Source: Azolla caroliniana (Eukaryota; Plantae; Polypodiophyta). Taken from it: a stretch of DNA of 64,000 nucleotides. A program made the translations under genes and the position numbers. Within the stretch, counting starts at the first letter, position 1. Every line of letters starts with the position of its first letter. The stretch is taken from positions 15,872,001 through 15,936,000 of the forward strand of contig JBHGNT010000003.1 in assembly GCA_043228905.1 (NCBI GenBank), given 5' to 3'. Below are positions 1 through 14,237 of this stretch, piece after piece. The notes under the pieces were generated by a model. That model worked only from the letters and a program-made list of their open reading frames with translations. It was not told the DNA's origin and made no database searches.

Positions 1-3000
1 GACCATTTTCTTCACTCAATGCAACTACCTTTGATTCCGATATATAATCAAATAGTGTTTCTCTTAGTGAGCTGACCATAATGGTTTAGTTATTGTTTAC
101 ATTATTTATATCTTCACCTTTATGGTTTGATGCAAATTGTCATCCAATCGTAGGGCACACTATTTGACAATACGTGGTTAAACATATCACCTATCCATGC
201 ATGTGGTTTCTTTATCGTACATTTGAACATTGAAGCCTTTATACATTGGAGATCTCTTTTAGAAAGGCCAATTTCTTAAGACCTATGTATATATCTTCAA
301 CCATAAAGAAGGGGCGTGTATGTGAAATAGAATCATACCACATAGTTTTTCAAATAAGATAAGGACCTTTGGCCATAATGCACTTGGATGTTCGGTGGAA
401 ACCCTAGTGGTCTCATATAGATGTCAATTTTATTCTCTCTTGTACTATATTCGATACAAAACTATTGACAATTTCATAGAGATGATCCCAATTAGGAGCA
501 TACTTGCGGGCTTCCTTTATACATGTGTCCTCAACATACATAAATTCCTCTTCTTCAATCATCTCTAGACAATCCCATATTCCTCACTAAATTGATAATT
601 ATAGTGTAGCATGAAAATACTTGAATTGTTTGCATGTGTGCCCATATAATCACTTCCTTCAAATGTCGTGAGGTGTGGTTAGCATTAAAATATGTTATAT
701 TTATACAATGTCAAATAAAGTATGTATGAAGAGGTTGAATGGGGTGAGTATTATCTTTTATTTTTTATTGTATATGTTGTTGCAACTTCTGTCTTTTGGT
801 GATTTGAAACTATTTGGACGTTTATGTAACTGCATAATCCTATTCTACTTGTATAACTTATAATATAATTGAATATATTCTCTCTGTACTTATAAAAAGA
901 TCATTCAAAATTCAAAGAAAATCAACAATTTTGATGTCTCTTGAAATCCCACCTCTCTCTCTTATTCACTTTCTTAAGCATTCATACTCTCTACACTCTA
1001 CGTCACATTTTGTTTGTCACATGATCTTGGCAATCATACAATCAACATATATGAAGAAATTTTTTCTAGTTTTAATTAAGATATTCTATCTAATATACTG
1101 TATTCTATTGCTCAAACATAATCAAGGAGACTTTTCATGAATTGCTTGATTTCTTACTGTCAAGTTTGTTAATGAGTTGCTAAATTGAAAAGGATGTTTA
1201 GAAAAATGTAATGTATCATGTGGGACCATCCCAACATCAAAAGGGAGACATATAAACCATGCCAATCACAATATTCTTCCTTGAACTATTTATAATCAAC
1301 ATCCCATATTAGTATATTATTACTAAATGTTTTAAATAGCAATCTCTGATTTATTCTTTTGATACCGGTATGGTAAAGATAATCTATGTCTGCAACATTT
1401 CGAATTTCATAAAGAATCACGATTCCAAGTAAAAGGAGTGAAATTGTATTGATCCAATTCAAAAACACATGAGTGAGCACTTAATAGTGCAACTATATTA
1501 TGGTTCACATAATAACGATTTTGCTATTCCAACCAATCATTTTTATTCTACGTTGATTCCAATTATATTGAAATATCTTGTCTTCTTGTGATAATGCTAG
1601 GCGTGGATCATGTAATGTCCACCAATTAGTAAAGTACTTGCAGTGACCCTACAAGGATACTTAATCAAATTCCCAAACCTTAATAATCATCGTTCTACAA
1701 ATAGCACAACTCAACTTTTTGTTGAGTATTATTCATTGAAATGCTTCCTATTCACCTTTTTTATCACAATGTACTCAATCATAGATATCAGTGTATCACT
1801 AATGAAATCCCCCCATATCCATACATAATTCAGACTTATAGTTGATTATGCTCACTTGTGGTTGAGATTTCCAAAATCTTCCTAATTGTAATATGGTGAT
1901 TATTGACCATTATTTCGTTTTTACATTGATATACATTAAGCACCCCATTGCATTAAATGGTGTGGATGACCCAAACAAAGAAAGGAATAAGACAAAAAAT
2001 AATTTTGCATTTTCTGTCACAACTCTTGAACATTAGTACAATTATTATTTAAAGCCAATTTTCATTCAATCCTAGTGAAACCCGTTAACCTTCTCGGTTG
2101 TTGTGATGCTTCTCTTCTTTTTAATTACAAGTTCTAGTTGTTTTTGCTAACATGAGAGTCATTATCATTTGGATGTATATATTTATTTATTCTCATATAC
2201 TAATCACTTACAAAATTTAATCTACGTCTAGATCGAGTATCCTTTATGCTATATGACATAACTGAGTGAGTCATTCATTGGACATTAAAACAATGTCATG
2301 ACCACAACTCAATCATGTTATGCCAAGATACACAAACATTTATGGTGATCCAGCTCAAAAACATGGAATGGGCAACTTTTTCTTTCACAATTGGAGAAGA
2401 GTACTTTATGCAATAGTGTGTTCAACTCTCAAATGTCATGACTTATGAATCTCTTGGTCTATATGTATGTAATACCATAATAAAGTGTCAAGTATTGAAT
2501 CTCTGGAGAAAGATTATTTTGACAATTCAAAGTTTGAACATTGTTTTTTGAAGGTGGCATGATTCCTTAATTGCATATTAATATTGATGTTTCAATTGAT
2601 ACTATAGCAAGAGTGCATTACAATTCGGGTAATACACCAAGAGTTCCATGTCGAGACAAGGGAGGGGTCATTCGATAAATAAAGTTTGCAAGACTTGTTT
2701 TAGAACATTTGACAATTAGGTTTTAGAATTTGATGGTTGGAACTTGGCATACTCACTCAATGGGCTCTATATGTTCACACAAACTTTACGGGATTGTTAT
2801 GCATGAGACGACATGGCATCGAAGAAATGGTAACGTGGCCAACCATATATAATGTGGCCTATGGGAGTGAATATATCATTGTGAAAGCCTCTCTTATTGG
2901 CGAGAATATTAGGGGTAAGGGAGCCTCCAAAATGGTTGGTTATCAAATTTGAAAGAAGACTCCACATTGTTGAAAGTATGGTGTCTTTGGGCTAAGTTTT

Positions 3001-3018
3001 TCATCAACAAAATCCGCA

Positions 3019-6000
3019 CTACTTGGGAGGGAAGGATGGCGGTGGTGCAATATAGGTAGTAGGACATTGGTAGCATTTTGCAAAGAGGCCAAATGTATCA
3101 ATTTGGCGTACGAAATTTGTGATGCTAGCCCAGCCTCCTAATCCGACACCTACCACTAATGTCCACACCACCGTAAATATGTTGATCGCGTACATGATTG
3201 CCCACGGGCTTCTCCCGAAGAAACTCGGCCCTTTATCCACTGCATTCTGAATTCGAACAACATACATGTGTTGGTATAACCCCGTAAAAATGTCAATAAT
3301 ACTCCTTCAATGAATATATCGAGTAATGCCATGGAATCACACCATAAACATAATTTATGCATTAATTTCGTTTCACTCATACCTCTCTTGCCATGGTTGT
3401 CCTGTAGGTGATCATGTGAGCCATTGCTGGTATAATGTAGACAGTGAAGGTCACCAACAGAGCACCTACTGCTGAGTTAATGGGTCCAAAGAATGGGAAG
3501 ATTATTGCTAAAAACCATATGGGTAACACAACTGGTATCCGAACAATGGCGCGCAAGAACATGTTGGTCGATGTATGAACTTTGATAAGTTTCTCCCACA
3601 CAAAGTAAAGAGGTGTGCATGCGAAGCCGAATGTAATGAACTGCTCACATTTGAAACTCCAATAAGTTATATTTTAATCTTGATCGCGTACATTGGCGGA
3701 ATTGTTTGTCGAATCTATACATTGGGTGGAGACGTGGTAAGGTATTTATAATCAACTCAATTAACACATTGCTTACTTGATGAATCAACATTAAGATCAC
3801 GGCAGCATCGCGTGCTCTAGTTTTTGGGAGCAAAGAAAATGCATTCGAATGGTCCAACAACATGTCCCCGAAAGCCCAATACATCGCAATGGCAGATGGT
3901 AGAGTGAGAGTCCACACATACATAGTTGCATAAAGATAAATGGTCTTGAATTTGGATGGTTTCCACATGGCATGCATGATTTCCCTATGGATCAAGGAAT
4001 ATGACACCACCACCACAAGACAAAACTATTAATGCATACTACCATATGTATATACATAAGCCGAATTAGAGACATTTAGAATTTATGGCATGTTGTTAGT
4101 GGCCATGGTCATTTATACTTACACGGTAATTGCATGTCCACCAAATGTGTAAAGAATATTGGTGGCTCCTGTAAAGTAAAGGACAAGCTTTTGGGGAGCA
4201 GAGTGCTTTACATCAGGTACCTACATAAAAGAAGAGGTCCCTCAAGTTTATAGTTGTAAGTGTATGATGATGATGATGAATTACACCCTTGCCAAATTGC
4301 CCAAAAACATTATGCAAAATATACACTTGTAAGTTGGGAAGAGTCATAGGATTTGCAACAATCAAGAGTTTTCCATTTGAAACATCCAAACCACACATAG
4401 ACACTTACCCGTGTAAATACATACATACATTATTACATATATACATTACATACACACACATATATATGTACATACATCCATATGCACATTACATAATACA
4501 TACATACACACGCACACACATACATAGCTATGGGCCTGGTTCAATTTCGGTTCAGTTCGCTTTTGTTGCCTTGAAACCAAACCGAACCATTAGAAAAAGC
4601 AAACCAAACCGTTAATGAACTCCCACGCCATTTAAACTAAACAATTTAAGAAAAGGTAAACCAAACCGTTTAGGGAAAAGTTGTAACCAAACGAAACCAT
4701 TTAATCACAAAGTTAAACCCAACATTTAAGTCGAATTAATTAAATTTTTAAATAAATAAAATTACGTTAAATGAAATAAACATTTAAGTTAAATTAATTA
4801 AAACAATAAAACAAGATTAACTAAACCATTAAATAAATAAAATATTCAGGAGATAAAAAAAGTTAGCTGAAAACCACTAAACCATTACATGCATGCATAC
4901 ATACATATATACATGCATTACATACACACACACACATACTTATATCATATATGTATACACATACATACATACGTAAATACATACATATAGATACATCCAT
5001 ACATACATTGCATAATACATACACACAGCTATGTTCCCGGTTTGGTTCAGTTCGGTTTTGTTGCCTAAAGCCAAACCAAACCGTTTATGAACTCCCAAGC
5101 CATTTAAACTAAACCATTTAAGGAAGGGTAAACCAAACCGTTTAGGGAAAAGTTGTAACCAAACAAAACCATTTAATCACAAATTTAAACCTAACCATTT
5201 ACTTCAAATTAATTAAATTTTTAAATGAATAAAAATATATTAAATTATATAAGCATTTAAGTCAGAATAAATAAATAAAAATACATTAATTTAAATAAAT
5301 ATTTAAGTTAAATTAATTAAAACAATAAAAAAGATTAATGAAACCATTAAATAAATAAATATTAAGGAGATAAAAAATAGCTAACCAAAGACCACTAAAC
5401 CATTAAACCGAAGAGTTAAACCTATAAAGCTATAAACCCGAGTTTTAGAACCAAAGCAAACTAAAACCAAAACGTTTAATTATATTGGAAGCAATAAACC
5501 ATTAAACCATGGCTTAACGGTTCGGTTCGGTTAGAGCCGAAACCGAGCCTATAGCTACACATACATGATACATACATACAACATTACCTGACCATGGATT
5601 AATGCAGCCACTGCCAGATACCATGCTGTGTATGTTGTCATTCCTAAACCCAAGAAGGACCACACACGATAGTTGTGAAACGTCGGAATGAAGACGGTCA
5701 AGCAACAACATGCACCGAATATGTATGTCCAAGTTCGCTTATCAAAGTGATCACTGATGTAGTAGATGTTGCTGCAAAAGTAGAGCTACACCTAAATAAC
5801 TGTTGCATGCAATGAGGGCTTCAAGTGTCATTGCATGTGAGTTTATTGTTTGTGAATACATTATTTGCACATGCATTATATACAATACAGAAATTTGTAT
5901 TGTAGAATGTGAATCAAGTGTAACAATATATTGTAAAATGCAAGATGGATGGGATAAATTGAGTATATAATTACCAACCTCCCACAAGCAATCAATTGAA

Positions 6001-7103
6001 TGACTGATCCAAAGAGTAGGAATGTGCAATTGAAAGCCAAACCCATAACTTTCCAGTAAGGCCCAAGTAGACCATCCAAAATCTCAAACCACTGCAAATT
6101 TATGTCACATAACAAGCTAGCTATAAATATATTAGTCTCCCAAAATGTTTTTCCTAGCCTTGATGGATGGATATTAATTAAATCTAATTGGAGGATTCTC
6201 ATTAATAAATGGATGAGCATGATTAATGGAGAGAGATTAAAGATGAATTACTTGGATGACATGATTGTTGGGGCTAATGACATTGGCCTTCTCTAGCCTT
6301 GACCTGTACTCCAAGTAGAGGGAGCTGATAAGATACGCAGTCCAACTCCCAAGAACACCATAGAAGACTTGGAAAGCTATCCCAGAAGCCATCCCAAGTT
6401 GAGAGAAGGAGTAAGGCAGAGTAAGTAACACTTGTGCCACCTTCTTGCAAGGAATCAAGAACAGAACAGTTTGATGAGGGATTCAAAGAAGATCCAACCC
6501 ACCCCCCCAAATCAAAAAACAGGGTCATTCCATTTGGAATACATAATAAAGGGAAAACTCAGAGATCCGAAACAAAGGAAATGTCGATGCAATGAATGTT
6601 CCAAACTGGTTGGGGGGGCATTTTTGCTAGAATTAGATTAAAGTGCGGAAGAAGGAAGGGAATGTTTCTAGGGGCATTTGGTAGAATTAAAGGAAAGTAC
6701 GGAAGAAGAAGGAATATGTACATACATACATACATACATACATATGTGTAGGGGCATTTTCCGAGAAATAAAAGAAATCGTGAACCAAGAAATATGTTAC
6801 ATTGGAAAGGGGGCATTCCGGAGGAATAAAGGAAAACCGCCCCTTCTCATCTCGATGCTAATTGCAATCTAGTACCCCTGGAATTTTATGAATTGGTATT
6901 AAATCGTATGCACCTTGTTATGCATTGCGATTTGTTTTGTATTTATTGGTTAGTCATTAAAGGAGTAATTAATCATCAGTCATGAACTTGGAGTATACCT
7001 GATTGGAAGCACAACTAAACCAAGCATCATAGGCTGAGCCACCATGCCATAGGAGCCTCTTCATCACACCTTGGAAGGAAGAATCAATATTCACACGATC
7101 CAT
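3019..7103 (-). CDS. AUX1: AUX1/LAX auxin influx carrier (amino acid/auxin permease family), 8 coding exons, ~460 aa, apparently intact
   Basis: Exons on the minus strand, all GT-AG and in phase: 7103-6999, 6440-6252, 6091-5979, 5771-5588, 4220-4123, 3984-3777, 3640-3383, 3246-3019 (1383 nt). They give hallmark AUX1/LAX peptides LLWHGGSAYDAWFSCASNQ, VAQVLLTLPYSFSQLG, WFEILDGLLG, LYFTGATNILYTFGGHA, EIMHAMWKP, FFGPINSAVGALL and RQIDTFGLFAKCYQC. The start codon and the exact paralog (AUX1 vs LAX) are uncertain. Confidence 0.96.
4525..4887. mobile_element. MITE-like non-autonomous element, right-truncated copy, in AUX1 intron 4
   Basis: Begins TAGCTATGGGCCTGGTT and is collinear with the copy at 5026-5557 (shared AAACCAAACCG and GGGAAAAGTTGTAACC blocks). 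Flanked by TACA-type microsatellite. Confidence 0.65.
5026..5557. mobile_element. MITE-like element with short imperfect TIRs, in AUX1 intron 4
   Basis: Left end CAGCTATGTTCCCGGTTT; right end AAACCGAGCCTATAGCTA is its approximate reverse complement. Subterminal GGTTC/GAACC motifs, AT-rich core, flanked by TACA repeats. Confidence 0.7.
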
Positions 7104-7408
7104 CTTTACTATATCTCTGAATACTGATGCTAATTATGCCTCAATTCATAAGGGAAATAAGTACACATGCATGTATGTAAGTACATATATGTGTCTATGT
7201 ATGTATGTATGTATGTATGTGTATTCCCTTAGAATTTGATGTGTATCCTAATTGGGGGGAAGGCTGTAGTAATATTGAAGAAATTAAGAAGAACTGCAAA
7301 GCTCCTTAACGAGAATATAATTATAAAGGATTAATGTGAGTATGATGCATTGCATTTTATTGGATGACTTTAGAGAGAGAAGAGACTTCGTGTGTGAAAG
7401 AGAAAAGT

Positions 7409-7412
<4 letters not shown>

Positions 7413-7452
<40 letters not shown>
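7413..7452. repeat. (GA)n microsatellite upstream of AUX1 (CT-rich on the gene strand; probably 5' UTR or proximal promoter)
   Basis: Pure GA run of about 40 bp, ~310 bp upstream of the putative start codon. Confidence 0.9.
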
Positions 7453-7456
<4 letters not shown>

Positions 7457-8269
7457 TGGCCACTGGATCCACACTTGTAAATAAAGAGACGATTTTAAGT
7501 GATACGATAACAGTGACAATGTGACATGGGTGGGAGACGAAGTGAAGTGTATTAACATCTTTGAGAACATAAAAGTTGACAAATTACAAGGAAAGATAAA
7601 CTTTGAGAAGCCAACATTGGTCATTCCAACCCATCCCCACCCATGTCCCATGACGTCCGTTTGATGCTTTCTAAAGATGGCTCTTATATTTTTGTGGGGT
7701 GTCTTTCTCGTTCTTCTCGTCTCTTGACCCCTTTAAGTCTTTTAGCTCAAAAGTGATCTCCCACTATGTGAGCTCATTTGCCTCTATTTGAGCTTGGATT
7801 CTTTGACACATAACATTTGGAAGAGAAAAATTAGAATTGATAGTCCTACATTGTTCAAATGGGTTTCGATATGCTTGATCTTTCAATATTCATGTTTTAT
7901 TGCTCTAACATTGAGGAGATAGAATCCAACACACTTTTGGTTCTTGAAATGTATTATATCATACAGTGGCTCAAACTTGACTAGAAACACTCAATGATAT
8001 TTGTGTGCCCTTGTAATCTAAGGACAATATGAACATTTTTTGAGTAAGCTACATGTATTTTGTAAGTGAAAACAATCCATATTCAAGAATGTTACTAAGG
8101 AACATTGCAAGTGACATTGTGATTGGAGTAGGTTAGTGCTAACAATATAGGTAAAGAAAAATTGGATATTATCATATATGGAGGATTATAGTAGAGTAGG
8201 ATACTTAGACTCACCTAGTTGTTTAAAATGAAACATCCATGTAAGTTGATGAATCTCCTTATAGTACTT

Positions 8270-8656
8270 TGTTATACACACATAACGTGAGATTATGTAA
8301 TAGACATGATTCTATGGTGGAATGTAGGGGTTGAACCCATGACCTCTTGGCCTTATTGGGCAACCTTACCAATTGAACTACATCCATCTGTACATCATTA
8401 AATTTGTAGAGAATATATCTTTATGCATTCTCTAGAAATTTCCTAGCTTGCATGCGTCCTCATGAATTTTCTAGAATATCCTTAGTTTTCATGTATACCT
8501 CCTAGTTCTTGTATAAATACTCAATTGCACCTTGATTCTAACCAAGGTGAACAACACTAGTTACGGAAGCATAAATTCAGTTCTTGTTCTCTTCTCTATT
8601 CTCTCTCTCTCTCTCTCTCTCTCTCTTAGTATTTAGCCTCGTCAACTTCCGTGATA
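8270..8656 (+). mobile_element. Degenerate solo LTR containing an antisense tRNA-like segment
   Basis: TGTTAT start, tRNA-like segment at 8315-8387, TCTAGA-like repeats, TATAAATA, CT-rich tail, end TTCCGTGATA (compare TCCGTGACA at 32671). No clear TSD. Confidence 0.55.
8315..8387 (-). pseudogene. tRNA-derived relic (A box, B box, 3' CCA) inside an LTR
   Basis: Minus strand reads GGATGTAGTTCAATTGGTAAG...GAGGTCATGGGTTCAACCCCTACATTCCACCA. The anticodon arm is degenerate, so this is not a functional tRNA. Confidence 0.6.
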
Positions 8657-9089
8657 GATTAGGTCACTTATATTTGCAAAACATAAGTGAAGGGTATGTT
8701 CACTAATGTGATGGGATAGAATGAATTATAGGTGCATGCACTATCATGATCATGACAACCAATGAATGAAGAGTTTTTTATAAAAACACATCTACTCAAG
8801 GGGCCTAAGAAGAAGTATAATAAATATACGGCCTAACTACCCTATTAAGATACATTATGTCCGAAGGCTGAAGTCTTGAGACATCAATGCTGCGGGCTAG
8901 GCTTTCATTATGACAATCGTGTTACCTATTTGAAGGTTCTAGTCATCCCAATATTTGTTAGTATGGGATGTCGTTGGTAGGCTTGCTATGTCTTGGTCAT
9001 AGCTCCGGGATGGTCATGAGGAAAAGGTTATTCCATCCAATCTATTCCCTTTTATTTCTATTTTAATTTGGTCTATTGATTAGTAATAA

Positions 9090-9827
9090 CACATCACCAA
9101 ACTGGTCGAGTGTGGAAAGATTTCGTAACCAACATACCTAAGAGAAGCAAACAACAAGTTACAAAGTGGTAATCTGATGTGTTCAGACAGTAAATCTATG
9201 AGAAAGATAGACTGAAAATGCACCACGGAAAACAAAAAACATAAATCAATAGAGCATCCACAATACACAGCATTTATGTGGAAACCCTAAAACGGGAAAA
9301 ACCATAGGATGTACAAAAGGAAGATTTACAAATCTCTGTAAAATAGAGAATACCCGCTTAGGGTTTAGGCAAGTTTCCCTAAACTCTCTCTCTCTCTCTC
9401 TCTCTCGTGCACTCTCGCGTCTCTTCCTAGTCTCTCTCTCTCTCACTTCTGCACATGATTACAGAAGTGCTAACTTGAATTACATTCATAATGGTTTCCC
9501 TAGGTGTATTTATACTCATACATAGTATGGGCTATTTACTAATGTAGTCATTATTATTATTATATAATGTATATAATAATTAATCAGCACGACTAGTCGG
9601 CCTTGTCTTCGACCATCCGGTCGGCCCGACTTGTCAGCATTGTCTTCACTCGAAGCATCTTTTAATGTAGTCAACTCTCTATCTCCTCCAAGAACCAGTC
9701 GATGACCCTATCGACTAGCTGGTTGATCGGACCAACCATCTTATATTCGGCTCGTCGATTTGGTTGCCGACTTCGTCCTAGACTTTGATTGTTGACTTCT
9801 CCCATAGGAGGGAAAAATTCCTAACAT
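9090..9827 (-). mobile_element. Solo LTR, copia type
   Basis: Minus strand starts TGTTAGGAAT and contains the GGTTTTTCCCG..TAGGGTTTCCAC motif also seen in the LTRs at 31967 and 33984, plus a GA-rich R region. Left boundary approximate. Confidence 0.6.
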
Positions 9828-9899
9828 AATCAAAGAGTGGAAGTTTTGGTTGGAGATAGAGTGCAAGGTCAAACTTGTTGTTGACTTTTTTACATTGAG

Positions 9900-12800
9900 T
9901 AGAGGAAGCAATAATCTACAACAACTTAAGGAAGTAGTTTAACATAGCAACAAGAAGCACGACTAATGGGGGAACACGAAATTGGTCACAAACATATCAA
10001 TTGAACCCATGAGACTCTTTGGTAAGAAATTTCTGAAAATGTTGAATAATAGAAGGATAATGGAAAGGGAAATAAGTCCTCCCCAACAAAGGCGTAAATT
10101 ATATAGAAACCATGGGCAAGTTTGAAATTATCACTATACATGGATGAAAGAAAGGGTTGAATTCGAACCTCTCCATGAGCAATTGGAAGAAGGGCAAGAT
10201 TCAAGGGAAGAAATGACTAGAGGACTCATTGTTATAGAAGATAACAACAATCAAACTCAAGTAGGGGCATAGGAAGGGGAAGCGGATGTTTCAAGTCAAT
10301 CAAACCCATGATGTACATGGGTGAATGAAAACCATTAGCTTAAAATAGGTGGATTCATGAGGTAAAACACTTTTTCCACAAAGTGGCATATACCTTGAGA
10401 GCAACGAATATTATCTGCAACAAACTTCTTGGAAGGGACAACCTTAAATTTGTATCTTGCAAAAGAAAATGCACATCATTTCATGGGATGGCAAGTGCGG
10501 CAATATTTCATTCCAGCAAAGGAAACATGTTTATTGGACAAGTTTAGGAAACTAAGGCAATGCGAGGGAAGTTTATCAATATATGCCGACAACTATAGAC
10601 AATTTATACTTTAACTTCCCCATATTAAGGAAGTCACTAATTCATTGTTTTTTATTTCGTTTAAGAGCTAAAATTACGATGAAAATTGAAAAGCAACAAT
10701 CGGAGGATTTGGAAATGGTGGCCCAACTTGTTGATAAAATTGGTGATTTCGAGGAACTTCAACAACGATTTCAAGCCATGAAGTTGTCCACCAACCATTT
10801 TGCAATCAACAACAAATAGTTTTCAAGAAATCAACAATTCCATTCAAGGGTAATTGGGGGAATAGTAGTGGAGTAAGAAAAATAACCACATCAACATCAA
10901 ATGGGGAAGTATTCCAAGTCTCCAAAGGGGTTGTTTCAAATGCAAAGCTCAACACTTAGTACTTGAATGTCCCAGACGGAAATAAACAAAAATTGTGGCG
11001 GCTCAAGTTGACGTTAACGATCTCGATAAGGAATTAGACAATAATATATATGAACCAACCAACATTCTTGACGAAGTGAATTATGGGATGGATGTCATGG
11101 CAAGAGCATTAAAGGTAAAACCCATTTATTTTGTTGGGGGTGTCTCTCGCATTGATTATATGTACTTGGCAACGAGGATCAATGGGCATGCATCCAATGT
11201 CATGATTGATAGTGAAGCCACACATTAACTTTATCACTTCTTAGGGCATCAACCAAATTTGGATAGAAAACTATGTCTTTGAAAGGCATATCCATATGCT
11301 TTGTGCAAGGCGTTACCAACGTTAGGCTCATGGTGTTGGATATCAATCATCAAGGAAGCGAAAGCACACAAAGGAAAGGTAAATTCTCCAACAGTTCGAT
11401 GAGTTTTGATTTCATATTGGAATTAGATTGACCACATAAGTATCTTATTGCACATTTTGTAAGGAGAGTACAAAAATTAGTGCTAGAAAATTTGGTTGGA
11501 CAAAATGAGGTTGTGGTAAATCTTTACCACCCAACAATGAAGCAAGTAAAATCAATTTAGGGGTTTCATGCTCAACTATTATTATGTGTCACCAAAGTGG
11601 CTGACCAAACACTTAAAAAGGAGGGAAATTTTTCTTATGTATTGCAATTGGTTACCATCAAGAAAAACTGGCAATGGAAGGATGCAAAGCTAATCAGGCA
11701 ATTCAACATCTATTAATAGAATGTAATGATGTTTTGGCGACCAATTTACCTTCTAGTCTACCCCTTAATAAGGCATTGATCTCAAATTCAATATCTTATC
11801 AAGAAGCACACCACCAACTAAAGCTCCATACAAGTTGAATGAAACTCAATTAGCAGAATTAAAGAAGCAATTGATTGAGCTAGAGAAATCTAGGTTTAAA
11901 CGCTATAGCAATTTGTCATATCCCCCCCACTCCATCTATGCCTTATGCAAAGAAATATTTAAATAATGAAACAAGGTGGCCTACTCATGAGAAAGAATGA
12001 CTTGCCATCATCTATGCCTTAGGCAAATAGTGTCATTATGTCCAAGATAAATTCACTAAAGTAATCATTGATAATATACCCTAGAAGTATTTTCAATCGT
12101 AGCCAAAATTGTCTCCTAAACAAGGGTGCTGTCAGGATTTTCTGGCAAATTTTGATTTCTCCATTAAATCATAAAAGTGGAGCTCTTAATACTATGTCAG
12201 ATGCTTTAAGTTGAATGCCTCATGTTTGTACCATGTCAATTATTTCTAGTGACTTTCTTTGTTACATGGCATTCAAATAGCTCAACAACATGATCCCTAT
12301 ATGCAAGAACTAATTTCAAATATGGAAATGCAACATGCAGCCCATGGGTCCCTTGGAATACAACACGGTTTAGTAATGGTACATGGTAAGTTGTTTGTAC
12401 CCAATGTAAAGGAAATTATTGTGTTGATTTTCTAAGAAGCAAATATTGTAAAATGGCGAGGCAAGGCGGTATTCATTGGATATTTACCAACATTCAACGA
12501 CAATGTTTTCATCCTAATATGGAGTTAGATGTAGAAGACTACATACAATCTTGTTTGACATGTGACAACAAGTTAAAGCTCGGCATGGGAGACCTTATGG
12601 CTTACTACAACCCATATTTATGCTTGTTAACTACTTTATCGATGCTCATGGATATGGTTAGCATGGATTTCATAATGAATTTGTCGATATCGAGAGGTTA
12701 TAATGCAATCATGGTGGTCATTAACTACTTCCCTAAACAAGCTACCTTTGTTCTAGCAAAACCACCTCTCATAGCCCTCCAAGTTACCAAATTGTTCTTC

Positions 12801-13750
12801 AAGTTTGTTTTAAAATATTATGGAATGCATGCTAACCATATCCCACGAGCATCAAATTGTTGGACACACAACTCTAAATGTCCTCCACTACACATCCTTA
12901 AATAGATGGCCAAGCAAAAAGGGTAAATCAAGGTATTGAATACTGCATTTGTTGTTATGTGCAAGCAAAACAAAAAGATTGGATGGATCATATAAACATG
13001 CCCTTAAATTTCTTTATAATTCATTTAAACATTCTCACACTAGTTTTTTAAATTTCGAATTAACTAGAAGGAAGCAAGTCCTTATATTGTTTGAGATAAA
13101 AGTAAAGAGTTTGATATCATCCTCTTTCTAGTAGACTAACAAGCAACAAAGTGGGTGGCACAATAAGGATTACAACAATTTAAGGAACCAATGGTTCAAG
13201 TAGCCAACAAAATACGTCAACACAAAGAATTTCTGAACGAAGATTTAGTCTTAGTTAGAGCTTCTCATTGGCCATTACATGGATCACCCGACTCAAATTT
13301 AAGCATACAGACCATATGAAGTACTACAAAGATTTAAAGGGGTGAATTACAAGTTAAAACTACCTAATTCTGTCAATTATTTAAAAAAGTCATAAATGTA
13401 GACATTGAAGCCGAAACACTAATATGCGTAAAGAAGTTGTAGAACCTAAAGAGGTATTAAATAACAAGTGTGTAATGGAAATACAAAATTCATGAACAAC
13501 GAACTTTCAGAAGCCATTGTGGATCTGTGAAGAAAGTTTGTTTCGTTCGGATCCGACATTCTTGTTAGGGCATCCTATCCATAATTAGTAGTACAATGGC
13601 AAGCGTTCAAACATTGCCCACTACATTAGTCTGGTAATCTTCACCACTTTTGCCATTGTTTTTATCTTTATCATTATATTTTTAGATTTAGTGGGTTATG
13701 TCATTGTAATAGTATCCTTAGTTTTGACGATGAAACTCTCCTCATAGGAA
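9900..13750 (+). mobile_element. Highly degenerate Ty3/gypsy internal region (gag, protease, partial RT, RNase H, integrase)
   Basis: Zinc knuckle GCFKCKAQHLVLECP (~10930-10975); protease VMIDSEATH (~11200-11225); RT start KAPYKLNETQLAELKKQLIEL (~11820); RNase H WPTHEKE.LAIIYAL (~11980); integrase VSMDFIMNL...NAIMVVINYFPKQATFV (12650-12750). Many stops, and the RT core is deleted. Confidence 0.8.
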
Positions 13751-14237
13751 AGTGTTATGGAGTAGTTATCATTAGAGAAATTAGTTAGATATGTTAATGG
13801 GTTGAGTAGTAAAAGAGTAATTGATGGGATTGGTATTTAAGGACCCTCTGTGCACAAAGGAAAAGAGGGCCTAATTTTGGAAATTAAGGTAATGACCTTT
13901 TCTCGAATATCACAATACCCTCTTCTAATTTTGTTGACTACCCCTCATAATAAGTTTTTCTTGCTACATTGTCTTATGTGGTATATTGCTATTAGAACTT
14001 CTAGATGTTATCTACTATACTACAACCTTGCAAGTAGTATTGGTATTATTTTCAAAGAGGTGTTTCTTAAGAATCCCAAATTGGACTTCGCTTAAATTTG
14101 CATGTCTTTATCTATTCATTATAACTCTAATATGTTTTAAGTGGTTGATTAAGCTTTCACACTAGCTTCCATGATATCATTTTTTTTTTCCAAAACAAAA
14201 TATCCTTCCATTAGTTTTCAAAAAACCTATCAGGTAT

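Noticed and set aside
1-2900. Possible decayed coding or TE remnant on the minus strand
   Set aside because: Short peptide-like stretches only, with no recognisable motif; the ORFs are short and AT-rich.
8315-8387. Functional tRNA gene
   Set aside because: The anticodon arm and stems are degenerate, and it lies inside an LTR, so it is treated as a relic.
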